This document shows, piece by piece, positions 24,853 through 34,010 of a DNA stretch of 64,000 nt. The first letter of the stretch is position 1, and every line of letters begins with the position of its first letter. The notes under the pieces were generated by a model. It was not told the origin of the DNA. It made no database searches and saw only the letters and a program-made list of their open reading frames with translations. The DNA comes from an uncultured Microthrixaceae bacterium (lineage in GTDB: Bacteria > Actinomycetota > Acidimicrobiia > Acidimicrobiales > DATDAH01), in the NCBI GenBank assembly GCA_963725155.1, contig CAVRXU010000002.1:492506-556505 (forward strand). Reading direction: 5' to 3'. The translations under genes and the position numbers were made by a program.

Positions 24853-27042
24853 CTATGCGACCACGACGACTTGGGGCGGGTGCGTCCCCTGCGTGGTCTC
24901 GAACGCCCCGGTGTTCGTCGACGTCGTCGTGGCTTCGAACGAGTAGGTGCCGTTCCCGGTGATGGCGCTGGTCAGGTCGACTTCGACCCATGTGCCCACC
25001 GTGATGGCGCCGACAGAGGCGACCGGGCTGCCGGAGATGTCGGGCTTGTTGCCCCAGATCACCGTGTTCTCGGTCCAGTTGTTCGACACCAGGTACCAGT
25101 CGCCGCCCCTGGAGCTCGCGTCCTCGACGAAGAGCCGGAGCCTCACCGAGGTCGGTGGGCCGCTGAGCCCGTTCAGGGTGAACCTGACGAGCGACCGGTA
25201 CTCCGAGGGGTCGGGGAACTTGATCTTCATGGTCGGGGCCGTCGCGTAGTTCTTCGTCGGGCTGGAGGTGTTCACGTAGGTGTCAGCGTCGAGGGGCACG
25301 GTGAACTCGGTCGGTGCCTGGTTGACGGTGATGGTCTGCGAGCTGGACGTGGACCCTTGGGCGTTGGTGGCGGTCAGGGTTGCGGTGAAGGTCCGCGGCC
25401 AGGGCCCGGTGGTGGGGTTGTAGGTGTGGGAGGGCGATGTCGCCGTCGATGTGCCGCCGTCGCCGAAGTCCCAGGCGTAGCTGGTGGGCCCGCCGGTGCT
25501 CGTGTTGGTGAAGTTGACGGTGAGCGGCGCGGTGCCGGTGGTCGGCGTCGCGTTGAAACTCGCCGTCGGTGCCGATGGCTGGTTGACGGTGATGGTCTGC
25601 GAGCTGGACGTGGACCCTTGGGCGTTGGTGGCGGTCAGGGTTGCGGTGAAGGTCCGCGGCCAGGGCCCGGTGGTGGGGTTGTAGGTGTGGGAGGGCGATG
25701 TCGCCGTCGATGTGCCGCCGTCGCCGAAGTCCCAGGCGTAGCTGGTGGGCCCGCCGGTGCTCGTGTTGGTGAAGTTGACGGTGAGCGGCGCGGTGCCGGT
25801 GGTCGGCGTCGCGTTGAAACTCGCCGTCGGTGCCGATGGCTGGTTGACGGTGATGGTCTGCGAGCTGGACGTGGACCCTTGGGCGTTGGTGGCGGTCAGG
25901 GTTGCGGTGAAGGTCCGCGGCCAGGGCCCGGTGGTGGGGTTGTAGGTGTGGGAGGGCGACTGCGCGGTCGATGTGCCGCCGTCGCCGAAGTCCCAGGCGT
26001 AGCTGGTGGGCCCACCGGTGCTCGTGTCGGTGAAGTTGACGGTGAGCGGGGCTGTGCCGCTGGTCGGCGTGGCGGTGAAGCTCGCCGTCGGGGCTGTCCC
26101 ACCGGGTCCGGTGACGTCCATCACGAACACGGCGTGGGACATGGGATCCGAAGCCGGCCGCGCGCTGGTGTCGGCGCCGTCGGTGACGAGCACCTGTTCG
26201 CCGATGACCTCGACCCCACGGGTGTCGAGGAGGCCGAAGCCGGTGAGGCTGATGCCGTTCCATCCGGTCAGGAGAGTCCGGGTGGTCATCGACGCCCGGT
26301 AGAGCTTTTCACTGCTGTTGACGGCCAGGAGATCACCGGTGACGTCGTCGAAGTCGAGGCCGTAGATCTTGGAGAGCCCGGAGATGGAGAACGAGGGCCC
26401 GAACGTGTTCGTGACGAAGTCATAGGTGCGGATGGTCGAGCCGTTCGCGACGTAGGTGAGGCCGTCGGCCAGGCGCCACCCCGCGCCGGTCCACTCCGAC
26501 GGCAGCGGCTGCCAGGACTGGACCTGGAACTGGTGGTTGGCGTCCCGGGTCAGGCGGAAGGCGGTCGGGGTCGCGCTCGTGCTCCCGGAGAAGGCGTAGA
26601 TGACGTCGGCGTTCGCGTCGTAGGCGAGCGCCTCGAGGTCTTCGGTGCGCGACTGACCGGCGGCACCGCCCACGCCGAAGCGGGGCGCATTGGTGAAGGC
26701 CGCCTGCGCGACCTTTCGGCGCTGAAACCCCGTCGTGCGGTCGAACTCGAACAGGGCGTCGTCGTTGTCGGACGCCATCCAGAGCGCGTCATCCCCCGCG
26801 ACGTACGCACTGCCCTCGTTGTCCTGCAGCCGGGTCGTCGATCCCAGGGGGGGCGAGGTCCGAATCAGGTGGTTGAGGGCGAGGTGAGGCTGCGTCGTGG
26901 TGATCAGCGCGTGCGCGTTGCCGATCCCGACCACCGTGAAGGCGACCGCCGCAGTCAGCGCAAGCGCAATGAGTCGTCGGCCACTATCGGGCGAGCGTCG
27001 CGGTCGACCACTTCGGGGGATGTTGCGGGTCTCGTCAGCCAT
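24853..27042 (-). CDS. secreted protein, paralog 2: conserved N-domain + 3 PKD repeats + DNRLRE-like C-terminal domain
   Basis: Signal/TM RRLIALALTAAVAFTVVGIGNAHA. N-domain paralogous to 18152-19753. Three PKD units (FNATPTTGTAPLTVNFTNTSTGGPTSYAWDFGDGGTS). C-terminus DADTYVNTSSPTKNYA...SLVRFTL...VRLRLFV...WTENTVIWGNKP. Confidence 0.85.
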   Translation of the reverse strand: MADETRNIPRSGRPRRSPDSGRRLIALALTAAVAFTVVGIGNAHALITTTQPHLALNHLIRTSPPLGSTTRLQDNEGSAYVAGDDALWMASDNDDALFEFDRTTGFQRRKVAQAAFTNAPRFGVGGAAGQSRTEDLEALAYDANADVIYAFSGSTSATPTAFRLTRDANHQFQVQSWQPLPSEWTGAGWRLADGLTYVANGSTIRTYDFVTNTFGPSFSISGLSKIYGLDFDDVTGDLLAVNSSEKLYRASMTTRTLLTGWNGISLTGFGLLDTRGVEVIGEQVLVTDGADTSARPASDPMSHAVFVMDVTGPGGTAPTASFTATPTSGTAPLTVNFTDTSTGGPTSYAWDFGDGGTSTAQSPSHTYNPTTGPWPRTFTATLTATNAQGSTSSSQTITVNQPSAPTASFNATPTTGTAPLTVNFTNTSTGGPTSYAWDFGDGGTSTATSPSHTYNPTTGPWPRTFTATLTATNAQGSTSSSQTITVNQPSAPTASFNATPTTGTAPLTVNFTNTSTGGPTSYAWDFGDGGTSTATSPSHTYNPTTGPWPRTFTATLTATNAQGSTSSSQTITVNQAPTEFTVPLDADTYVNTSSPTKNYATAPTMKIKFPDPSEYRSLVRFTLNGLSGPPTSVRLRLFVEDASSRGGDWYLVSNNWTENTVIWGNKPDISGSPVASVGAITVGTWVEVDLTSAITGNGTYSFEATTTSTNTGAFETTQGTHPPQVVVVA
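25318..26100 (-). repeat. tandem repeat, 3 x 261 bp (one PKD domain per unit)
   Basis: Units 25318-25578 and 25579-25839 read identical base for base. Unit 25840-26100 differs at scattered positions toward its end. Confidence 0.95.
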
Positions 27043-27083
27043 TTTGGCGGTCCTTCCATTTCATGAGAGCTGTTGTGAGCGGC

Positions 27084-27102
27084 GACCGCCCTGAGGGCGG
27101 TC
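27084..27102 (-). other. GC-rich hairpin overlapping the Wzx stop codon (possible intra-operon attenuator/processing site)
   Basis: GACCGCCC-tga-GGGCGGTC, an 8-bp perfect stem, between 27101-28594 and 24853-27042. No U-tract. Confidence 0.3.
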
Positions 27103-28594
27103 ATGGCGTCGACCTGACCAGGCCGGCCATCACGGCGCGGGGTTGCTGTCGTGTGGTCGCAGGTGTCTGCATCACCGCCAGGGCGGCGATGACCAAGACG
27201 TACACCACCATCCCGACCGCGGCCGACACGAGGAGGCCGCTGCCGCGCATGGCGACGATAGCGGCGCCCATCGGCACCGTCGCCGCGGCGGGGAGGCTCA
27301 CGGCGGACAGGAGGGCGGAGCGCCCCGCGACCTGCCGGAGGAGCATGGCGTAGGCGACGAAGAGGCCGGACTCGCAGACGACCGTGGCGATGCCCGCACC
27401 GAGGTACGAGTACCTGGGGATGAGGGCGAGGTTCAGCACCACGTTGACCGCGGCGGCCGCCGCGACCGCGAACATCCGGTACCGCTGACGGTCGGCGGCC
27501 ACGAGAGACAGGCTCAGCGTGTTCCCGAGCATCCGCACGGGGATGACGAGGACGAGCAGCTGGTAGGTGACGACCGCGGGGGCGAACTTGGGCCCGTAGA
27601 GGAAGTCGATGGTCTCGGGGGCGAGCAGGAAGCTGCCCACTGCGGCCGGCACCGCGATGAGGGAGATCGTCCGGAACGAGGCATCGCGGAGTGTGCGGAA
27701 GGTCCGCACCTGGTTCGGCCACGCCCGACTCATCCGGGGGTACAGGGCGTGGTTGAGCGACCGGGCGAGGACGTTGAGGTTCAGCACGAGGTTCGTGCCG
27801 GCCTGGTAGAGCCCGACCGCCGTCGGTCCCTTGATGAAGCCGAGCAGGACCGAATCGACGCGCATGTAGGTGAGCGTGAGGGTGTCGTTCACCGCGAACG
27901 GTGTGCTCCGCCACAGCACGCTGCGGACGAACGCGGGCGTGCCCCGGGGGATCGGGAAGGCGCCGAGGTGGCCGGCGACGATCAGCCAGCCGATCCCCGC
28001 CCCCAGTGCCCGAGAGCCGCAGAAGGCGAGCAGCGCGCCGGTGACACCGCCCCCCGACCAGACGACGTACGCCACGCCGGCGAGGAAGGCGGTCTCCTGC
28101 ACCACCGTGACGACGGCCTCCAGACGCATCCGCTCCCAGGCCCAGAACGCCGCGAACTGGACCCGGGCCACGCCGTCGAAGGCCATGCCGATGCTGGCCA
28201 GTGACACCGCGACGGCGGTCTCGGGGGCGGCGCCGATGACTCGGGACCCCACGGCGAACAGCAGGGTGAAGCACGCGCCTGCGCCCAGGGCGATCAGCGT
28301 TCCGGCCTCGACCCATGTCCGGCCCTCCTCCGGCTTCCTCGCCACCTCGCGGGCGAGCAGGCTGGGGAGCCCGAAGTAGTAGGGCAGGAAGCTGGTGAGC
28401 ACCAGTGCGAACTGGAAGGTGCCGAGCCCCTCCGGACCGCCGGACCGGGCGAGGAGCACGACGCTCCCCAGGCCCGCGATCGCCCGGGCGGCAAAGGAGA
28501 CCATCTGCCAGACCGAATTGGCGGCCACCCGCCGCGCGCCGGACTCGCGGGCGGGCGGGGAGGCGACGGTGGGGTCAGGAGCCATGGGCGCCAT
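27101..28594 (-). CDS. polysaccharide flippase, Wzx/MOP superfamily
   Basis: 497 aa with about 12-14 hydrophobic segments. N-terminus RRVAANSVWQMVSFAARAIAGLGSVVLLAR is typical of Wzx-type polysaccharide biosynthesis proteins. 20-nt overlap with the upstream gene. Confidence 0.8.
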   Translation of the reverse strand: MAPMAPDPTVASPPARESGARRVAANSVWQMVSFAARAIAGLGSVVLLARSGGPEGLGTFQFALVLTSFLPYYFGLPSLLAREVARKPEEGRTWVEAGTLIALGAGACFTLLFAVGSRVIGAAPETAVAVSLASIGMAFDGVARVQFAAFWAWERMRLEAVVTVVQETAFLAGVAYVVWSGGGVTGALLAFCGSRALGAGIGWLIVAGHLGAFPIPRGTPAFVRSVLWRSTPFAVNDTLTLTYMRVDSVLLGFIKGPTAVGLYQAGTNLVLNLNVLARSLNHALYPRMSRAWPNQVRTFRTLRDASFRTISLIAVPAAVGSFLLAPETIDFLYGPKFAPAVVTYQLLVLVIPVRMLGNTLSLSLVAADRQRYRMFAVAAAAAVNVVLNLALIPRYSYLGAGIATVVCESGLFVAYAMLLRQVAGRSALLSAVSLPAAATVPMGAAIVAMRGSGLLVSAAVGMVVYVLVIAALAVMQTPATTRQQPRAVMAGLVRSTP

Positions 28595-29822
28595 GCGGTA
28601 CGAGATCCCGCGAGGTCTGGGCAGTGTCCGGGAGCCCCGGCTCGTGCTCCCGCGTGAGGTACAGGGCCGCGACCACGGCGAGGAGGGTCCAGAAGTGCCG
28701 GTAGTGCAGCGCCTCGTGGGTCAGCGCGGTGAGCGCGATCCCCGCCGCCGCCCCCGCCAGGGCAGCGGGGTTGGGTACGACCGCCGCCCAGTCGGGTGAC
28801 AATCGCTGGGCGCCCATGACCCGCACGCCCGCCGCCCCGGCGAGGACGATCAGCGCGAAGATCCCGAGCGGCCCACGCTCGACGAGCGTGCCGAGGTAGT
28901 CGTTGTGCGCCTCCTTCGCGGGGCGGGTCGACGTGTCGGCCAGGCTGAAACGAGTCGCCGACGGACCGACACCGACGACGTTGCTCCGTTGATACAGCTC
29001 GTAGGACGACGCGAACAGGGACTCGCGCCCCTCTGCGCTCCGGGAGCTGCGGGCGACCGAATAGCGGAAGATGGGGTTGTCGGTCTTCTGCAGTGAGGCC
29101 ACCGTCGCCTGGCCCACCGTTGACCAGAGCACACCGCCGGCCAGGACGAGGCAGAGGGTGACGGCGATGGCGGGGATCGAGCCACTTCGGCCGTAGACCC
29201 GCAGGAAGACGATGACCAGGGCGCCGACCGGCAGGCACAGCAACGCCGTGTTCGACCCGGTCAGGAGAATGGCGATGACGAGTGTGACGACCGCCAGGGT
29301 TCGGAGCACCGGTTGCCTGGGGTGCCGGGCCGCGAGGATGACGAAGATGGAGATCACGAAGTAGTTGCCGGCCAGGTTGGGGTGATCGAACCAGAGGCGG
29401 GCCCGGTCCCCGTACCCGCCGACGCCTCCGGGCACCCGGATCTGGCCGGTGGACACGGTCACGATGAGGACGACGCCCCAGGCGATCGCACTCAGGCACC
29501 AGACACGGAGGAGGAACCCCAGCCGCTCCGGCGTCTTGCAGAGGCTCGTGATCGCCGCGCACCAGGCCAGGAGGAAGGCCTCCTGTATGACCGCACCGCC
29601 GCCGCGGGCCGGCGCCGTCCCGAGCAGGGCGGCGACCAACCCGGCCACGCCGAGCACCCCGAGCGGAACGGCGTAGGGAACGTGGAGTTGGGCCCTGGTG
29701 GTGCCGGCCCAGAGCAAGGTCAAGAGGATCCCCGCGCCGAGGAAGAGGTCGACGGGTCCCGTGTTCATGGGCCCCTTGGGGTTCAGCAGAGGAAGCATGA
29801 CGATGCCCATGCCGATCGCCAC
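28575..29822 (-). CDS. O-antigen ligase/polymerase family membrane protein (Wzy-like)
   Basis: Polytopic, with a large loop carrying PAKEAHNDYLGTLVERGPLG (Wzy_C-type H-N-x-Y/L...E-x-G motif). Confidence 0.75.
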   Translation of the reverse strand: MAIGMGIVMLPLLNPKGPMNTGPVDLFLGAGILLTLLWAGTTRAQLHVPYAVPLGVLGVAGLVAALLGTAPARGGGAVIQEAFLLAWCAAITSLCKTPERLGFLLRVWCLSAIAWGVVLIVTVSTGQIRVPGGVGGYGDRARLWFDHPNLAGNYFVISIFVILAARHPRQPVLRTLAVVTLVIAILLTGSNTALLCLPVGALVIVFLRVYGRSGSIPAIAVTLCLVLAGGVLWSTVGQATVASLQKTDNPIFRYSVARSSRSAEGRESLFASSYELYQRSNVVGVGPSATRFSLADTSTRPAKEAHNDYLGTLVERGPLGIFALIVLAGAAGVRVMGAQRLSPDWAAVVPNPAALAGAAAGIALTALTHEALHYRHFWTLLAVVAALYLTREHEPGLPDTAQTSRDLVPHGAHGS

Positions 29823-29887
29823 GAGGGGAAGTCGATCCGGCCGAGGTTGGTGGAGGACAACCCCGCCGGGCGTCGGTACCGCGGCTC

Positions 29888-31213
29888 TCAGGACTCCACC
29901 TCAGGGCCCGAGGGCGCCCACGTCCCTGGCGTTGCCGCCGATTGGGCGGTGTGTCGGCGTCCGACCTTCGAGCCCAGGCCCGTCCGGAAGCGGGTCCAGA
30001 GCGCTCGGAGGTCGTCGCGGACGTGGTAGTGGGTCCACAGCGGGCCGGGATAGGCGATGATGCCCACGAGCGGCCACTGGGTGATGGCGAGCAGGTGCTC
30101 CAACCCACTGAGCGCGTCGCGTTGCAGCACCTCGGGAGCGACGACGACGAGGCCGTGACGAGCACGGTTCGAGCGCGGCCCGGGACGGGGTGCGTCCGGT
30201 CGTTCGGACCCGACCAGCTCGACGGCCACGTGAGGGACCGCGGTGCGAAGCCGTCCGGCCAGACCGTCGAGATCGACATCGGGGCCGACACGGGTGAGGT
30301 GGACGACGTCGAGGCGGGCGCTGCTGGCGGCCAGCCCGAGCTGAAGGCTCACGAGGTCGTCGTCGGAGTCGGCGAGTTCGGCGGAGCGACTCGACGGGTT
30401 CGGGATGCGGCCCAGGAGCGGCGCGCCGAGGACGTGGGCGAGGGCATCGCCGCTCACGATCGAGGGCCGAAGCGCTTCGATGACCGCGGCCAGGGCCACA
30501 CCCAGGATCAGCCCGAGCAGGCCGGCGACCGCCAGGTCAGCCGCCAGCCCGGATGACTCCGGGTGGCTCGGCGGCGTCGCCTGGTCGAGGAGTCGGGGAC
30601 TCGGTGTGGCATCGAGGGTCTGGCTCAGGGTGTCGCGCTGGCTCTGGATGTCGCTCTGACGACTGAGCGCCACGTCGAGCTGAAAGCGGAGCTGGTCGAT
30701 GTCTGCCCCTGGTTCCCCCGTGGCCTCGGTGATCCTGTCGATCTCCGCGTTGACGAGCTCCAGCCCGCTTTCGAGTTCAGCCAGGCGATCCTCCATCGGA
30801 CCGATGAGCAGGTCGTGACGGGAGGACACCAGCTGCTGGGCCATGCCGTTGGCCAGCGCACTGGCGACATCGGGGTCGCCGTCGGTCACCGACACGACGA
30901 GCACGCCGGAGCCCCCGACCGACTCGACATCGATCTCATCGACGACGCGGGTGGGGTCACGGTCGATTCGCTCCCTCTGGAGAGCGGCCTCGATCTCGGT
31001 CTGGCTGGTGACGATGGCCTTCGCCGTGTCGACCATCGCCTCTGACTCCTCCGCGGTGGTCGCGTCGGTGCCGAAGTAGGCACGAGCGGACGCCACGTAG
31101 GAGGCGTCGCCTTGCGCGCCCAGGAGGAACGGGAGCGACAGGAAGACGACGACCATGGCGAGGATCAGTCGACCGTGACGCAGGATGCGTTGTACCGCTT
31201 CGGTCAGCTCCAC
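29888..31213 (-). CDS. Wzz-like chain-length determinant with degenerate (Walker-A-less) C-terminal domain
   Basis: GTG start at 31213. N-terminal TM LILAMVVVFLSLPFLL, a coiled-coil periplasmic region, second TM LAVAGLLGLILGVALAAVIEAL. No GxxxxGK(S/T) in the C-terminal cytoplasmic domain. Confidence 0.7.
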   Translation of the reverse strand: MELTEAVQRILRHGRLILAMVVVFLSLPFLLGAQGDASYVASARAYFGTDATTAEESEAMVDTAKAIVTSQTEIEAALQRERIDRDPTRVVDEIDVESVGGSGVLVVSVTDGDPDVASALANGMAQQLVSSRHDLLIGPMEDRLAELESGLELVNAEIDRITEATGEPGADIDQLRFQLDVALSRQSDIQSQRDTLSQTLDATPSPRLLDQATPPSHPESSGLAADLAVAGLLGLILGVALAAVIEALRPSIVSGDALAHVLGAPLLGRIPNPSSRSAELADSDDDLVSLQLGLAASSARLDVVHLTRVGPDVDLDGLAGRLRTAVPHVAVELVGSERPDAPRPGPRSNRARHGLVVVAPEVLQRDALSGLEHLLAITQWPLVGIIAYPGPLWTHYHVRDDLRALWTRFRTGLGSKVGRRHTAQSAATPGTWAPSGPEVES

Positions 31214-32055
31214 TGCGTTCTCCTCGTCATCTGGGGGTGGTGCGGCGCTCCGCCGCGATCAGGCTCGGGTCGCCGGTCGAGCCCGAGATCCGATCGTGGC
31301 GTTGCCAACTCCGACAACACGCCCTTCAGATCGGTTGCGTCACCCGTGTAGTCGTCCGTGCGGCCGTGGAGCAGGTGCAATGATGCCACCAACGCCGCGG
31401 GATCGATGGGGCGGTCGCCGTTGACGATGCGTCGCACGGTCGTCGCCACGCGGTCACCGAACTGCGCCGTCCACGAGGCGAGCATCGCCTCGACCAACTT
31501 GGCCTGTCGCTCGAGCTCGCGACGGCGACCCGCACCGGCGGCCTCCACCCGGCTCTCCCGCCCGGGTCGGGCGGCGAGACGCAGGTCGGCGAGCCCGAGG
31601 TCGGATTCGACCACGACGATCAGGTCCGGCGCCAGCAGCGCGACCCCGGGATCGGCGATGTCGATGACCGACGCCGCGTCGCCGGCGAACCCGAGCGAGC
31701 AGAGCTCCTGCACCAGGCCCTGGTCGAAGACGTGGAAGCCGGGTGTGGTGCTCGCCCGTCGCATCGCGGCCCGGAGCACGAGCCAGTTGAGCGACCGGAT
31801 GGCGACATCACGCCGCGTCGGCTGGTGGGAGCGCCTGACGGCCTGAACCGTCCGCGCCGAAGCCTGGGGGTGGCCGGCGATCTCCGCCGCGGCCCGCCGG
31901 AGCTTGCGGCGCAGTCGATCCCCGCGCGATCGGCGCGGGGAGACCTCCTCGAGCGGCAGCGAGGCCGCATGGCCCCGGCGGCGCAGCTCGGCGACGAGCG
32001 CATGAGCGACGGTCGACTTGCCCGAGCCGGGCACGCCGCAGAGTTCGATGATCAC
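31204..32055 (-). CDS. stand-alone P-loop NTPase / nucleotide-kinase-like protein
   Basis: GTG start overlaps the upstream stop (GTGA at 32052-32055). Walker A CGVPGSGKSTVAHAL, then HVFDQG and PDLIVVVESD (kinase-fold-like order). The upstream part of the 436-aa track ORF is read-through. Confidence 0.65.
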   Translation of the reverse strand: MIIELCGVPGSGKSTVAHALVAELRRRGHAASLPLEEVSPRRSRGDRLRRKLRRAAAEIAGHPQASARTVQAVRRSHQPTRRDVAIRSLNWLVLRAAMRRASTTPGFHVFDQGLVQELCSLGFAGDAASVIDIADPGVALLAPDLIVVVESDLGLADLRLAARPGRESRVEAAGAGRRRELERQAKLVEAMLASWTAQFGDRVATTVRRIVNGDRPIDPAALVASLHLLHGRTDDYTGDATDLKGVLSELATPRSDLGLDRRPEPDRGGAPHHPQMTRRTQWS

Positions 32056-34010
32056 GTCGGGCCGTGGGTGGGTTCGAGGAGTCGTTCGGCCATGGCGGCC
32101 CGAGCCTCGACGAAGACGGTGTCGAAGGGCTGGTTGGCGTCCATCTCCACCACACCGAGCTCGGCCCGCTCGAACAGCAGGCCCTCGACCACCTGCTTGC
32201 GGGTGACGAGTGACTGGGGGTCGTGCCCGGGGCGGCGACGAGCCGCAGTCTCCTCGTCGACGTTCAGGCGGATGACGAGGTCGGGCTGGAACGCGTGGGC
32301 CTGCTCGTACGGCTTCCGCTCCCACCTCGCCAGCCCCTGCCGCCACCGACTGTCCGACGACAACCACGCATCGAGCAGCGGCCCGTCGATGATGCCCGGC
32401 ACCTGGGCCTGTGGGTAGCGGTCGCACAGCACGAGAGCGCCATTGCGCGCCGCTCGACGAGCCTGACGGAGCTTCGACCGCTTCTCCTGGGCGAGGGCCA
32501 GCGCCCACACCCACCGTGAGGTCTCCAGGGCGCGCGGAGCCCGCTCCTGGACGGCTTTCCGACGGGCTTCCGTGCCCTTGGCGCCGAACACCGCTCGCTT
32601 GACGTACGCCAGCGGCCGCCGTAGCAGGGACGACGGACCGTCGCCGCTGCCGAGGTAGAGGTGAACCACCTCCTGGTCTTCAGCGAAGCTCTCGGCGAGG
32701 GCACGGCTCAGCGTCGACTTCCCGGAGCCGTCGGACCCGACCACCGCCACGACGCGGCCCGTGACCCGGCGCTCGCTCTGCTTCACCGCGAGGACCGAGT
32801 TCACGAGATCCCGGTAGCCCTCCCGCACCCGAGTCGGACTCCACGACGACAAGTCGATCGTGGGCCCGCTTCGTTCGACGGGCCACCGAAGGTACGGCAG
32901 CGCCGCACGGGCGGCCCCGACGACGTCGCCCACGTCGACGACCTTTCCCGGGGCGCCGAGCTCGAGCAGCTCGTCGGCACCGTCGACATCGGTGGCGATG
33001 AACGGGGTTCCCGCGGCCGCGGCCTGGACCAGCACCTGCGGCAGGCCCTCTGCCCGACTCATGAGCACGACGACATCAGACGCGACGAACAGGTCGCGGG
33101 GATCGTCGACGTGGCCCAGCAACTGGCAGTCACCGTCGAGGCCGATCTGGCGGACCAGGGAACGGAGCCGGGCCTCCTCTGGCCCGGCACCGGCCACCAC
33201 CAAGAAGGGCGAAGGGCCGGCGCTGAGCTGGATCATCTGCTGCAGCAGGATCGGGAGGTCGAGGACGCGCTTGCGCTCCTCCAGGCTCCCGACATACAGG
33301 ATCCACGGTCGATCTTCGGGCAGCGCGTGGGTGTGGGCCATGGCCCGTCGTATCTCGGGCCGGTCCGCCTCGGCGGCCGGCAGCCGGGCGGCGGAACGGA
33401 TGACGGTCAACTTCTCCGCCGGGACCCCGATGTGGGCGAATCGGCTGGCGAGGTCGGTGCCCACGACCGCGTAGGCAGCCGTCCATCGCGAAAGGGCCCA
33501 TTCGAGGGTGCGAAAGAGTCGGCTCTCGTAGGTGCTGTACCCGGGGCCGAAGTCCGCCATCGACAACGAGTGGACGACGGGAGGGGCCCCCGCGATGCTC
33601 GCCGCCAGCCGACCGAGGACACCGGACTTGGACTGGTGGGTGACCACGAGCGCATAGTCAGAGTCTTTGATGGTCTGGCGCAGGCGCGAGAGGGCGATGG
33701 CGTCTTGCCACGGACTCACGGGCCGCCGCAGGCTCGGTTCCAGGGTCACCCGGGCGCCGGCGAGCTGATGGCTGGCGAGGTCGATGTCCGAGTCACGACC
33801 GATGATCACGTGGTGCTGGTGCTCCGGGAGGGCGGCCACCATGTCGCGCAGGCGCCGCTCGGAGCCGCCCTGGTCGAACCGGGTGCACACGTGGAGGATC
33901 CGCCTGGGCAGGCGAGCGACCCCGTTGGGGCCCGCCGTCACGGAAGCGGTGAAGTTGTGTTCTGCTGTCACGGGAGCGGCGCCGTTGCGTTCGGGTCTGA
34001 CCCCGTTCAC
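32052..34010 (-). CDS. fusion: GT4-family glycosyltransferase + C-terminal thymidylate-kinase-like P-loop domain
   Basis: GTG start in a GTGA overlap with the sugar transferase stop (34007-34010). GT4 features RILHVCTRFDQGGSER, ILYVGSLEERKRV, MSRAEGLPQVLVQAAAAGTPFIATDVDG. Then VVAVVGSDGSGKSTLSRAL (about 32717-32750), LVLCDRYP, PDLVIRLNVDEE. Confidence 0.8.
   Translation of the reverse strand: MNGVRPERNGAAPVTAEHNFTASVTAGPNGVARLPRRILHVCTRFDQGGSERRLRDMVAALPEHQHHVIIGRDSDIDLASHQLAGARVTLEPSLRRPVSPWQDAIALSRLRQTIKDSDYALVVTHQSKSGVLGRLAASIAGAPPVVHSLSMADFGPGYSTYESRLFRTLEWALSRWTAAYAVVGTDLASRFAHIGVPAEKLTVIRSAARLPAAEADRPEIRRAMAHTHALPEDRPWILYVGSLEERKRVLDLPILLQQMIQLSAGPSPFLVVAGAGPEEARLRSLVRQIGLDGDCQLLGHVDDPRDLFVASDVVVLMSRAEGLPQVLVQAAAAGTPFIATDVDGADELLELGAPGKVVDVGDVVGAARAALPYLRWPVERSGPTIDLSSWSPTRVREGYRDLVNSVLAVKQSERRVTGRVVAVVGSDGSGKSTLSRALAESFAEDQEVVHLYLGSGDGPSSLLRRPLAYVKRAVFGAKGTEARRKAVQERAPRALETSRWVWALALAQEKRSKLRQARRAARNGALVLCDRYPQAQVPGIIDGPLLDAWLSSDSRWRQGLARWERKPYEQAHAFQPDLVIRLNVDEETAARRRPGHDPQSLVTRKQVVEGLLFERAELGVVEMDANQPFDTVFVEARAAMAERLLEPTHGPT

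Noticed and set aside
25318-26100. Possible CRISPR-like array because of regularly spaced identical sequence
   Set aside because: The units are 261 bp, contiguous without spacers, and lie in frame inside a protein-coding gene (PKD domains). No cas genes are present.
24694-27066. 790-aa plus-strand ORF, and similar long ORFs (1102-2220 +, 2502-4472 -, 10595-12004 -, 26955-28316 -, 28294-30291 -, 41091-42659 -, 44314-45411 +, 60825-61679 -)
   Set aside because: They lie antisense to, or out of frame with, genes that have clear family motifs. Their translations are Arg/Gly/Pro/Ala-rich with no motifs. These are typical shadow ORFs of high-GC DNA.
32056-32514. N-terminal extension of ORF 31204-32514, and likewise 34011-34205 for ORF 32052-34205
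   Set aside because: The extensions overlap the 3' ends of the upstream genes. GTG starts forming GTGA stop/start overlaps give products that begin right at the recognisable domains.
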